Virus record (IMG/VR): IMGVR_UViG_3300032103_000260
Location: 87,224-151,223 of that record
Reading direction: 5' to 3' (one strand)
DNA from: a virus
Length of the DNA: 64,000 nt
Shown here one piece after another: positions 19,629 to 28,117 of the stretch. Position 1 is the stretch's first letter, and every line of letters begins with the position of its first letter. A program made the position numbers and the translations under genes. The notes under the pieces are model-generated. The model ran no database searches, had not been told where the DNA came from, and was given only the letters and a program-made list of their open reading frames with translations.

Positions 19629-19868
19629 CTATTCTTTATTAAATTTTTCTTTAATTTTTTTCAGTTCTGCAACAATCCTATCATGCTCCGTCTCAGAATT
19701 AATATTTAAATCTTTAGCATAATCAATATACATATCTATAGCAAATTCAATAAAATCTCTTTCCTTCTTTGATAAATAAATTGTTTTCTTTATTATTAAA
19801 AAGACCGCAACCGATAAAAGAAGTATTGTAATAGATAGTATTAATAAACATGCTATTAAAATGTTCAT
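19629..19868 (-). CDS. Small single-pass membrane protein
   Basis: N-terminal hydrophobic helix; in operon. Confidence 0.55.
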   Translation of the reverse strand: MNILIACLLILSITILLLSVAVFLIIKKTIYLSKKERDFIEFAIDMYIDYAKDLNINSETEHDRIVAELKKIKEKFNKE

Positions 19869-20422
19869 TCAAATTTATAACAATTTTCCCACGTAGGTAA
19901 ATTTCTATCCTTATCAGAAATTAGAGGAAGTCCATTATCCACAAACCAATTAATTTTAAGATTAGGATCATTATATACTATACCAGAATCACTTTCTTTA
20001 TTATAATAATTATCGCACTTATACATAAAGTATGCTGAATCAGATAATACAGCAAATCCATGAGCACAACCACGTGGTATAAAAATCTGTTGTTTAGCAA
20101 CAGAATCAATATCATATGTTAATACTTTACCAAATGATGGACTACTTCTTCTACAATCAACAATCACATCTAAAACTCTACCCATTAAACATGTAACAAG
20201 TTTAGCTTGCGCATGTTTACCCTTTTGAAAATGTAATCCTCTTATTGTACCTGATACTGAAAAAGAAACATTATCCTGAATAAATTCAGTATTAATATCA
20301 ATAATATTTTGATCAATATATCTTTGTAAATTAAATGACTCAATAAAACTACCTCTATAGTCAGTAAAAATACTTGGATATATTATAAAACATCCTTGAA
20401 TGTCTGTTTCTACTACTTTCAT
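19865..20422 (-). CDS. rfbC: dTDP-4-dehydrorhamnose 3,5-epimerase
   Basis: DYRGSFIE, QDNVSFS, GTIRGLHFQ, QAKLV, GCAHGF, YKCDNYY, SDKD. Confidence 0.95.
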   Translation of the reverse strand: MKVVETDIQGCFIIYPSIFTDYRGSFIESFNLQRYIDQNIIDINTEFIQDNVSFSVSGTIRGLHFQKGKHAQAKLVTCLMGRVLDVIVDCRRSSPSFGKVLTYDIDSVAKQQIFIPRGCAHGFAVLSDSAYFMYKCDNYYNKESDSGIVYNDPNLKINWFVDNGLPLISDKDRNLPTWENCYKFE

Positions 20423-21519
20423 AAATTACAAATTTCTCTATATTGCTGAAATCCTGTAAAGTTTCTGCTTCTCACACCTACCATTGCTTTAGCACAATGT
20501 TCAAATGGTGATGCATGTCCAAATTCTGCTAACCTATCATGAAGGTCAATATCATTTTCATAATTATCTGGTTTACCTTCTTCTCCTACTACTGTATATG
20601 ATACTCTTGCACATCTTGCAGTTGCAATTCTAACCTTCAATTCATCCATGTATTCCATAAACCAACCTAAAGATGCTGGTTGAATTTCAGGCATTAACAT
20701 TTTTAATTTATCAAAATTAAAATTATCACCAAATGGAATATGCCATTCATTATCCTGTAATAATTCAGGTTCACTTTCATTATAGGCATCCCACATTGCT
20801 TCTGCTAACGCCATAATGTGAATTTCTGCTTGACCTTTATTTACATTTTGCCAATCATAATCAGTCGTGTTACTATAAGCATCTTGAAATTCTTCAGCTT
20901 CTACTTTATTTGCAAATCTCATAAAGTCCTTTTTACTTCTAAAATCTCTTGGAATCTGTTCATAAAACAAACTGTATTGTGGACTTCTTAATTTGAAGAA
21001 GTTTTCATATTCTGTGGCAGTAACAATTACTGTATGCCACATAAAAGGCTCAAGAAGTCTATTACATAATTGTTTAGTTGCACGAAAACAAGAAAGAATA
21101 ATTGCAGATTCAACTGCTCTGTCTATTGCAACTAACCACCATTCATCTAATGTTTTTTCAACACCCAACCATTCTTTAAGAATATCTTTATATGTAGAAA
21201 TTAATTCCGTATCATTATCAAAAATATCATTTAAGACTTCTAAAAAATCATCAAGTTTATATTTCTCTGTTTTAGATAAATATACCTTTCCTTGCATTCC
21301 CTTATGATCTTTCTGCCATGCAATAGGTATGAATGAATTTTCTTTTACTGCTCTAACCATTTTCTTAAATGGTATTGCTCTTGAACTTGCACTATTTCTT
21401 GAAAAAACTCTATGAGTATTAAACTCTGCTAGAATAATTCTTGGAAATGTGAGAACAAATGTTGTTAATCTATCACCATTCAAATTTTTGCTGTCCGCTA
21501 TAATCTTTGCACTAATCAT
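20419..21519 (-). CDS. thyX: FAD-dependent thymidylate synthase
   Basis: EFNTHRVFSRNSASSRAI, NFFKLR, ARCARVSY, HASPFEH. Confidence 0.88.
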   Translation of the reverse strand: MISAKIIADSKNLNGDRLTTFVLTFPRIILAEFNTHRVFSRNSASSRAIPFKKMVRAVKENSFIPIAWQKDHKGMQGKVYLSKTEKYKLDDFLEVLNDIFDNDTELISTYKDILKEWLGVEKTLDEWWLVAIDRAVESAIILSCFRATKQLCNRLLEPFMWHTVIVTATEYENFFKLRSPQYSLFYEQIPRDFRSKKDFMRFANKVEAEEFQDAYSNTTDYDWQNVNKGQAEIHIMALAEAMWDAYNESEPELLQDNEWHIPFGDNFNFDKLKMLMPEIQPASLGWFMEYMDELKVRIATARCARVSYTVVGEEGKPDNYENDIDLHDRLAEFGHASPFEHCAKAMVGVRSRNFTGFQQYREICNL

Positions 21520-21540
21520 GTCTATAAAATATTGTTTGTA

Positions 21541-21978
21541 TTAATTACCAGTGCTTCCGTATCCACCATGTGCTCTTTCAGAATCTGATAGTTCATCTAC
21601 TTCTTCCATTTGAAATAAAGGTAATTCTAAAATTACTAATTGACCAATTCTTTCTCCAATAAGATAAATATTATCTTTCATATCTCCAGTTGTATCAGGT
21701 AATCGTAAATATCTAAATTTAAGTTCACCACGATATCCGCTATCAATAACACCAACAGAATTTTTTAATAACAAATCCTTATTAGTTACAGAACTTCTTG
21801 GAAATAAAAGTCCTACATGATGTGATGGTATTTCAACAGCTATGCCAGTACCATATTCAATATAATTTTCGGTTTCATTAATTGAAATAGCAGTTAAATC
21901 AAATCCAGCATCACCTTCTTTTGCTTTTTTAGGTTGGATTGCTTCAATGTTTAGTTTTTTAAATTTTAGTTTGTTCAT
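21541..21978 (-). CDS. dut: Trimeric dUTPase
   Basis: DAGFDL, PRSS, GVIDSGYRGE, ERIGQL, RAHGGYGSTG. Confidence 0.96.
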   Translation of the reverse strand: MNKLKFKKLNIEAIQPKKAKEGDAGFDLTAISINETENYIEYGTGIAVEIPSHHVGLLFPRSSVTNKDLLLKNSVGVIDSGYRGELKFRYLRLPDTTGDMKDNIYLIGERIGQLVILELPLFQMEEVDELSDSERAHGGYGSTGN

Positions 21979-21983
21979 ATTTT

Positions 21984-23144
21984 TTAAAATCCAATTTTTC
22001 TTTTCTTTTTAACAAAATTAGCTGCGTTATTATCTTTACCGTGATTTAATAAATCGGTTAAGGGTAACTCTTCTGTAAATTCCTTTTCAATTCCAAGTTT
22101 ATTGGCTAATGATTTGACTTTAGGTAAAGTAAGGTTTTTAAAATCATATAAATATAATAATCTTCCCTTTCTTAATAAAGCATCATCTATTTTTTCGGTA
22201 ATATTTATAGTTAAAATCATCTTTAGATTGAGATAATCACCTAAAATACCGTCACTGATATTTAAAATTGTTGCAACATTCCAATTTTCACTTTCTTCTC
22301 TGGTTCTTAATAATTTTTCACAATCTTCAATAACCAAAATTTTATTATTCAATTCTTGAATAATAAAAGGTAGTGAAGATGGGTCACTAAATAATTCAAT
22401 GTTACTTGCTGGAAGATAACAAAATTCTTTTTTAATATCTCTAACCATGTACTTAATAAGTGAACTTTTACCGCTACCGGGAACACCACTCAATATTATT
22501 ATACCATTATTATCAGATTCAACATTTGCTTTTAAATCTTCATATCTAAAATCATCATTATAATAATTTTCAAAATCAATTTCAACCTTTTTAATATCAA
22601 TTGATTGTATTTCATAACCATGTGATCTTCTGGTTATCATTTGAATCTTATTTTCAATTTTACGGCAATGTTCTTCAAGAAATTTAGATAATTTATCCAT
22701 GTTTTCCATTCCTTGAACATACAGGCAGGTAATATTTAAATTTTTTCTATTTGATCTTTCAATGCTAATTATAGCTTGATAATTTTCTTTAGCAAAAAGA
22801 GTAATACTGTCATCATAATAATAATCATCTTCTATTGAATATCTGTTTATAATTGATAAAGATTTATCATGTTTACTATTTAAATTTTCATGTTTATATA
22901 AATAATAAAATCCTAATTCATTAAATTTTTTATATAGTTTTTCTTTTGAAACATTTTCAACCGCTATTGAAAATGAGTCAATGTTAATAGTATCATTAAA
23001 ATGTGATATTAAATTTTTTTGCAATAATCCAAATTCACCATTAAAAAAATAGAAATAAGTATCTCTATTTTCTGGTTTACTAAATTTTGGAACTTTAGTA
23101 TTTGATTTTTTAGGTTTACTATTTTGGGCTGTTTTAAAACTCAT
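21984..23144 (-). CDS. AAA+ ATPase
   Basis: GVPGSGKS, VIEDCE, ILNISDG, DALLRKGR, C-terminal KIGF. Confidence 0.88.
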   Translation of the reverse strand: MSFKTAQNSKPKKSNTKVPKFSKPENRDTYFYFFNGEFGLLQKNLISHFNDTINIDSFSIAVENVSKEKLYKKFNELGFYYLYKHENLNSKHDKSLSIINRYSIEDDYYYDDSITLFAKENYQAIISIERSNRKNLNITCLYVQGMENMDKLSKFLEEHCRKIENKIQMITRRSHGYEIQSIDIKKVEIDFENYYNDDFRYEDLKANVESDNNGIIILSGVPGSGKSSLIKYMVRDIKKEFCYLPASNIELFSDPSSLPFIIQELNNKILVIEDCEKLLRTREESENWNVATILNISDGILGDYLNLKMILTINITEKIDDALLRKGRLLYLYDFKNLTLPKVKSLANKLGIEKEFTEELPLTDLLNHGKDNNAANFVKKKRKIGF

Positions 23145-23437
23145 AAATTTATTTTTTTATTTAATTCATCTAATTTACTTAATGTGTCTAATAATTCTGT
23201 AGTGTCAATATCATTATTTTTTATTTCTTGAATTCTTATATCAAAAATTTCTTCAGACAGTTTCATTTCATTGTCAATCTTACTTATTGTTTTTAAAGTA
23301 TCTCTAGCAATAGCACCTTTATCTTTAAAAATTTGATTATTAACATAATTAGCATCATCTGCATAATATTCTAACGCTAACCTAAGTAAACTAATTTTAT
23401 TTAGTAATTGCTGCTCATCAATCATCATTAGATTCAT
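23141..23437 (-). CDS. Hypothetical protein
   Basis: 98-aa ORF coupled to its neighbours. Confidence 0.55.
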   Translation of the reverse strand: MNLMMIDEQQLLNKISLLRLALEYYADDANYVNNQIFKDKGAIARDTLKTISKIDNEMKLSEEIFDIRIQEIKNNDIDTTELLDTLSKLDELNKKINL

Positions 23438-23768
23438 TTAATTTTTTTTTCAAAGCCTCTTCAATTTCTTCATTAATATTTTGAATTTCATAATTCAACA
23501 TTTTAAATTCCTTAGAATAAGGATATTTAGAATTGTCTTTAAATTGTTTATTATGATAAACACCCTGAGATTCAGCAGTTTCAAACTCGGTATAAATTAG
23601 CTTATCAACATTATAATAAGAATAAACGACACCCTTTTTAAAATAGATATAAAGAATTTGTTGTTTAGGTAAATATGTGGTTTTTAATAGATTAGATGAA
23701 TCATAGATCGCTTCAATAACATCTTCAACTCCATCATTATCGTATTGTACGAGTCTTTTTAACAGCAT
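23418..23768 (-). CDS. KTSC-domain protein
   Basis: SSNL...Y......LYIYFKKGVVYSYYNV...F..AESQG pattern. Confidence 0.8.
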   Translation of the reverse strand: MLLKRLVQYDNDGVEDVIEAIYDSSNLLKTTYLPKQQILYIYFKKGVVYSYYNVDKLIYTEFETAESQGVYHNKQFKDNSKYPYSKEFKMLNYEIQNINEEIEEALKKKLNESNDD

Positions 23769-23773
23769 AATTA

Positions 23774-23805
23774 CAAATATATGTAATTTTAAATTACTTG
23801 TAAAG
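23774..23805 (-). promoter_or_regulatory. Bacteroidota-type housekeeping promoter for the KTSC...phhA operon
   Basis: Minus strand reads CTTTACAAGTA...TATATTTG (TAnnTTTG -7 box) just upstream of ATG 23768. Confidence 0.65.
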
Positions 23806-23829
23806 AGTATTTATGAAAAAACAAAAATA

Positions 23830-24597
23830 ATGGCTTTACCTATAAAAAAAGGAAAAATACCAGTAAATATAGACCCACCAAAAGTAGGGAGAGAATTTCT
23901 TAAATTTGGGGCTGAAAGGGTTGAGGAATTAATGCGTTTAACTGATAATAAAACGAAATATTTTCCTTATACTATTAAATTAGAAGATATTGATTGGGCT
24001 GCATTTGAGTATGTAGATAAAGGAGAAATGAAACTAATTATTGATGGTAAAGATGTTGTGGTAATATGGCTAGACAATGAAAGATGGGGCGAATTTTCAC
24101 AAACATGGAAATATACTGATAATGATAAGAATATTCTAACACCATTTATTACCGTCAGAAGAATAGGAAAAGAGCAAGGTACTAGAATAAGTAATAAATG
24201 GAGAATTGCACAAGGGAAAACCTTTAGATATGTAGATGTACCCATATTAGATGATGGTGTTGAAATTAATTATCGTATAAAAATTCCTGAACCAGTAAAT
24301 GTTGATTTAACCTATGATGTTAGATTATTTACAAAATATAGTATTGATGTAAATGAGTATGATGAAAAAACACTAAGAAATTTTGCTAGTAGACAGGCAT
24401 ATGTTTTTATAAAAGGTACTCCATTTCCAATATTATTAGATGAATTAACTGAAGAAAATACTGTTCAAAATATTGATGGAGATAAATATTTTGTTACCGC
24501 ATATAAACTTAAAATACAGGGATATATTCAGAATGAAAAAGAATTTGAAGTAGTTAAAACCACCAGACCACCTAAAATTTCTTATGGTGTTCGATAA
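23830..24597 (+). CDS. Tail terminator / sheath stabiliser (gp15-like)
   Basis: PFITVRR...PEPVNVDLTYDVRLFTKY...Y.LKIQGY pattern; late-type motif upstream. Confidence 0.6.
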   Translation: MALPIKKGKIPVNIDPPKVGREFLKFGAERVEELMRLTDNKTKYFPYTIKLEDIDWAAFEYVDKGEMKLIIDGKDVVVIWLDNERWGEFSQTWKYTDNDKNILTPFITVRRIGKEQGTRISNKWRIAQGKTFRYVDVPILDDGVEINYRIKIPEPVNVDLTYDVRLFTKYSIDVNEYDEKTLRNFASRQAYVFIKGTPFPILLDELTEENTVQNIDGDKYFVTAYKLKIQGYIQNEKEFEVVKTTRPPKISYGVR

Positions 24598-24802
24598 TTT
24601 TTTCTATTTCATATAAATAAACTCCAGAATGACATGTACCACCAAATATATCTTTTCTTTTCCAATGTACAATATTATGTGGTATATTGAAACTAGTAAC
24701 TTCCACACATCTACTTGGTAAAAGCTCACAATAATAATTTGGGATAAGAATCTTATCCCAAATATTTAAATTTTCGAATTTTATCATATTATGCTGTACC
24801 AC
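24572..24802 (-). CDS. Small hypothetical protein (start probably 24787)
   Basis: Fills the gap downstream of 24789-25577. Confidence 0.4.
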   Translation of the reverse strand: MVQHNMIKFENLNIWDKILIPNYYCELLPSRCVEVTSFNIPHNIVHWKRKDIFGGTCHSGVYLYEIEKIIEHHKKF

Positions 24803-25577
24803 CTGCTGCTAAAGCTGCTGGTAATAATTCTCTAACTTTTTCCGCAATTTCAAGACCTTTTATTGCTGCTAAGAATCCTTCACCACTCGCAACTGCTGCA
24901 TGTCCTGCTTGTGCTGCGCTAATAGCACCATGTATAGATGCCACACCTAAACCCGCCACAATCATTGTTAATATACTACCCGCTAATTCATGTCTTTGAT
25001 TATCATCCATGTAACCAGTCATTGGTTTTAAGATGGCTTCGATAACACCAACATATTTTTTATGAATAGCATGTCCAAAATGTGACATTTTATTTCCGAA
25101 TTTTTGTAAGATTTGAGCATTTGTTTTTATCCCCAACTTATTTAAGCCTTGACCCATTAATTCAATTATTTTAGGTGCTGCTAATATTGTACCAGCAGCC
25201 ATTATTAAACCTGCTTCATTAATTTTTAATTCAACATGTTCCTTTTGAACTTCTAATTGGCCATCTCTGTCTCCAGTAGTAGTTGCCACCTTTTTTAAGT
25301 CTGCTGGTAATGCTTGTGTAATCTGAGCCATAGCCTTTTTTAGTTCCTGATCAAATTCTGGATTATTTAATAGTTGATCTAATTGTTGATCTATAGCTTG
25401 ACCCTGTTTTTGTTGCTGTTGAGCCACTGGTTTTTGTACTTGTGCTTGGGCAGGTTGACCTACCACATTTGCAGGTGCATCCTCATTTAAGAATTGATAT
25501 TTACCCACCGATTTATCATAGGTTGATAATTGCTTCATTCTCTTTATCTGCTCATCAAGTGTGTATTTCCTATTCAT
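24789..25577 (-). CDS. Candidate internal head / ejection protein
   Basis: N-terminal helix resembling the scaffold C-terminus, LNE and INE sites, Gln-rich linker, Ala/Gly-rich hydrophobic helices; late-type motif at 25593. Confidence 0.5.
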   Translation of the reverse strand: MNRKYTLDEQIKRMKQLSTYDKSVGKYQFLNEDAPANVVGQPAQAQVQKPVAQQQQKQGQAIDQQLDQLLNNPEFDQELKKAMAQITQALPADLKKVATTTGDRDGQLEVQKEHVELKINEAGLIMAAGTILAAPKIIELMGQGLNKLGIKTNAQILQKFGNKMSHFGHAIHKKYVGVIEAILKPMTGYMDDNQRHELAGSILTMIVAGLGVASIHGAISAAQAGHAAVASGEGFLAAIKGLEIAEKVRELLPAALAAGGTA

Positions 25578-25603
25578 ATAGACATATTTTTATATAAATA
25601 CTG

Positions 25604-26380
25604 TTATTCTGTGATAAAATACTGATTATTTATCAACATATTACCAGTAGGATATGATGGTTTTTCCTGTGGAGTAATGTTAATATTTTCATTAATTTTA
25701 TCAACATAAATATAGTTTATAAATTCTTTAGCATCTAATGTACTGACACCATAACTGTATGTTTTATTAATTCTGTCTATTGTGGCATTAAAATAAAAAA
25801 TATTTTCTGTTGTGTCACCAGTTATTTGTTTAGCATTATTAAGAAATAATTGTTGTTTACCCTTTTTTGCATTAAAAAAGCTAAGTTTAACATATATAGT
25901 ATTTCCAGTATAATTCTTTAAATTAATATTTTTTAAATAAAACCCATTAGCTTCTCTATCAGAAGTAAGTAAATATGACGTTAAAAACCCTGTAGGAAAT
26001 AGATATCCACCAAAAAATCCTGTATGCAGTAAATTTTGAGATTCTAAATTAATTGAATCATACACCTGTATAAGGTAATAGCTTTTATATAGAAAATCAG
26101 TAGTTAAATCTTCTATTGCAAATCCAGCATTTGCAAGAGTTAAATCATATGACGTTGTTCCCGTATTATAAAATTGAAAATTATAAATTATAGCAACTGT
26201 TGGAGTGTATGTTGTGGTGTCCCCATCATCAGCAGGATTTATTGATAATCCAGTTTCTTTTTCAATTAAAAAATTTAATCCGTCTGACAAACCACCTAAT
26301 TCCGTGTTATTGGACAAATTAATTATAATATTTTGATCAAAACCAGTTTGACGGGTAGTATATGATTCAAACTTTAACAT
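25604..26380 (-). CDS. Putative virion structural protein
   Basis: Beta-rich composition; coupled to 26374-27501. Confidence 0.5.
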   Translation of the reverse strand: MLKFESYTTRQTGFDQNIIINLSNNTELGGLSDGLNFLIEKETGLSINPADDGDTTTYTPTVAIIYNFQFYNTGTTSYDLTLANAGFAIEDLTTDFLYKSYYLIQVYDSINLESQNLLHTGFFGGYLFPTGFLTSYLLTSDREANGFYLKNINLKNYTGNTIYVKLSFFNAKKGKQQLFLNNAKQITGDTTENIFYFNATIDRINKTYSYGVSTLDAKEFINYIYVDKINENINITPQEKPSYPTGNMLINNQYFITE

Positions 26381-27501
26381 AGTTTACCAAGATTATTTAA
26401 TGAATTAACATTATTAAATAATAGCTGATTATTGCGGTATTTTATTTCAGTAAATACTGTATTAGTATTTGGATGGGTTAAATCAGGTATTACTGCCAAT
26501 AAATAATTATTAAATACATAATGTTTTTGATTAACAAAAGGAAAATTAACTCCTTGTCCATCTAATGGATCAAAAAATCCTTTAGGTAATATATCTCTCC
26601 AAATGTAATTTCCATCATTATTTTCTGATGGTATTGCATAAAATGGTATTCGACTTATATCTTCATACGAAGTACCTAAAACATTTACTTGCTCTACTTC
26701 ACTTGACAATACTTTTAACGGTATCTTAATGAATGGATTATATTTAAAAACTAATTCTTTGCTTCCTGAATCAACATATGGGCAAGTAATATAATATGTT
26801 TGTCCAGATATAATTTCATAACTATACTCTTCACTATTGTGCTCAATTAAATCACCATAAATAATATCGCCAATATTATAAGTTGGTGGATATGTTAATG
26901 TCGTTTTACTTCCAGATGGAAATATTAATCTTTGTAATATTTCAATTGGTGAACTATAATTTTTATAGATTGGATATAGATATAAATCAGTTATAGGAAA
27001 ATGTAATGCATCCAATAAACCACTAACATTAAAATCTGTTTTAAAATTGAAAAGATATTGTTGCTCTTTGTATATATTAACAAAATATCCTGATTTATAA
27101 ATATCAAAATCACTTATTTTTGTTATAACTTCAAAATTTCTGACATATCTATTTGATCCTATCGATGTATATCCTGTCGATGGTTTAAGAAGATACCAAT
27201 CGAAAGAATTTAAAATATTTTTAGAGTCCGATATTGTTGGATTAAAAAAATCTTCTAAATCAATATATTCATTTTTTAATCCATTAAGAAGTGATAGATA
27301 TTCTATTCTACCATAAATTCTATAATCTTCAGTTTGTTGTCTTTCATTATTAAAGACATCACTAACATTAAGTACATTTTTTATGTCATATTCAATAAGT
27401 GGTTTCTTTTCATTACTAAAAGCTAGTTGTTGAAAATAATCAACATTAACTGCTTGTTCAAATTTTTTCTCACCTAATTGAAGTTTTTTTTGGATATCCA
27501 T
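26374..27501 (-). CDS. Putative virion (baseplate) structural protein
   Basis: Late-type motif at 27520; WRDILPKGFFD...FPFVN C-terminus; beta-rich. Confidence 0.5.
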   Translation of the reverse strand: MDIQKKLQLGEKKFEQAVNVDYFQQLAFSNEKKPLIEYDIKNVLNVSDVFNNERQQTEDYRIYGRIEYLSLLNGLKNEYIDLEDFFNPTISDSKNILNSFDWYLLKPSTGYTSIGSNRYVRNFEVITKISDFDIYKSGYFVNIYKEQQYLFNFKTDFNVSGLLDALHFPITDLYLYPIYKNYSSPIEILQRLIFPSGSKTTLTYPPTYNIGDIIYGDLIEHNSEEYSYEIISGQTYYITCPYVDSGSKELVFKYNPFIKIPLKVLSSEVEQVNVLGTSYEDISRIPFYAIPSENNDGNYIWRDILPKGFFDPLDGQGVNFPFVNQKHYVFNNYLLAVIPDLTHPNTNTVFTEIKYRNNQLLFNNVNSLNNLGKLC

Positions 27502-27562
27502 AGAGTATATTTCTATTACTATAAATAGATATACTCAGAAAATGTGAATTTTCATAACCAAA

Positions 27563-28105
27563 ATGTTCACTTTGTCGTATAATATACTAAAAACAACTAT
27601 AATAATGAAAAACACGTTAAAAACAATGATTTTGGGCTTTTTAGTCCTGACGCTTGCACTCGGTTTCACCTCTTGTGGTGATGAAAGTGGTGACCCTGCA
27701 CCTAACAAACAAAGTAATGAAGTAACGTTTAATGATGTTACTGGTGTTTGGAATTTTGTGTCGTTGACTTATCAAGGTACTACTTTTACTGATTCTTGTG
27801 ATCCAAAGTGGAATGACTTGCGTAACGATTTCAATAAGCCAATTAGTGGAATGCGAACAATTAATAAATTATCATTAGATATTACTAATACACTCCTTGA
27901 AAATTACTCGTGTGTTAATAACAAATCTAATCTTAATATTAAAACTTTTAATTCTAATTCTTTAGAACAAAATATTATATCACTAGATAATAGTTTACAA
28001 TTTGAAATTATATCTTTTAAAAAGAGTGAAATTGAATTAAAATTAATTAGATGGTCACAAGCTACTCCAAATGGTGGAGTATATAAATTAAAAAAGGCAA
28101 GTTAA
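27563..28105 (+). CDS. Outer-membrane lipoprotein, lipocalin-like (start probably MKNTLK at 27605)
   Basis: Signal peptide with lipobox GFTS|C, acidic GDESGDPAP after the Cys, GVWNFVS lipocalin-like motif. Confidence 0.8.
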   Translation: MFTLSYNILKTTIIMKNTLKTMILGFLVLTLALGFTSCGDESGDPAPNKQSNEVTFNDVTGVWNFVSLTYQGTTFTDSCDPKWNDLRNDFNKPISGMRTINKLSLDITNTLLENYSCVNNKSNLNIKTFNSNSLEQNIISLDNSLQFEIISFKKSEIELKLIRWSQATPNGGVYKLKKAS

Positions 28106-28117
28106 CTTGCCTTTTTT
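28090..28117. terminator. Bidirectional terminator between convergent genes
   Basis: aaaaaaggcaag-ttaa-cttgcctttttt. Confidence 0.8.
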
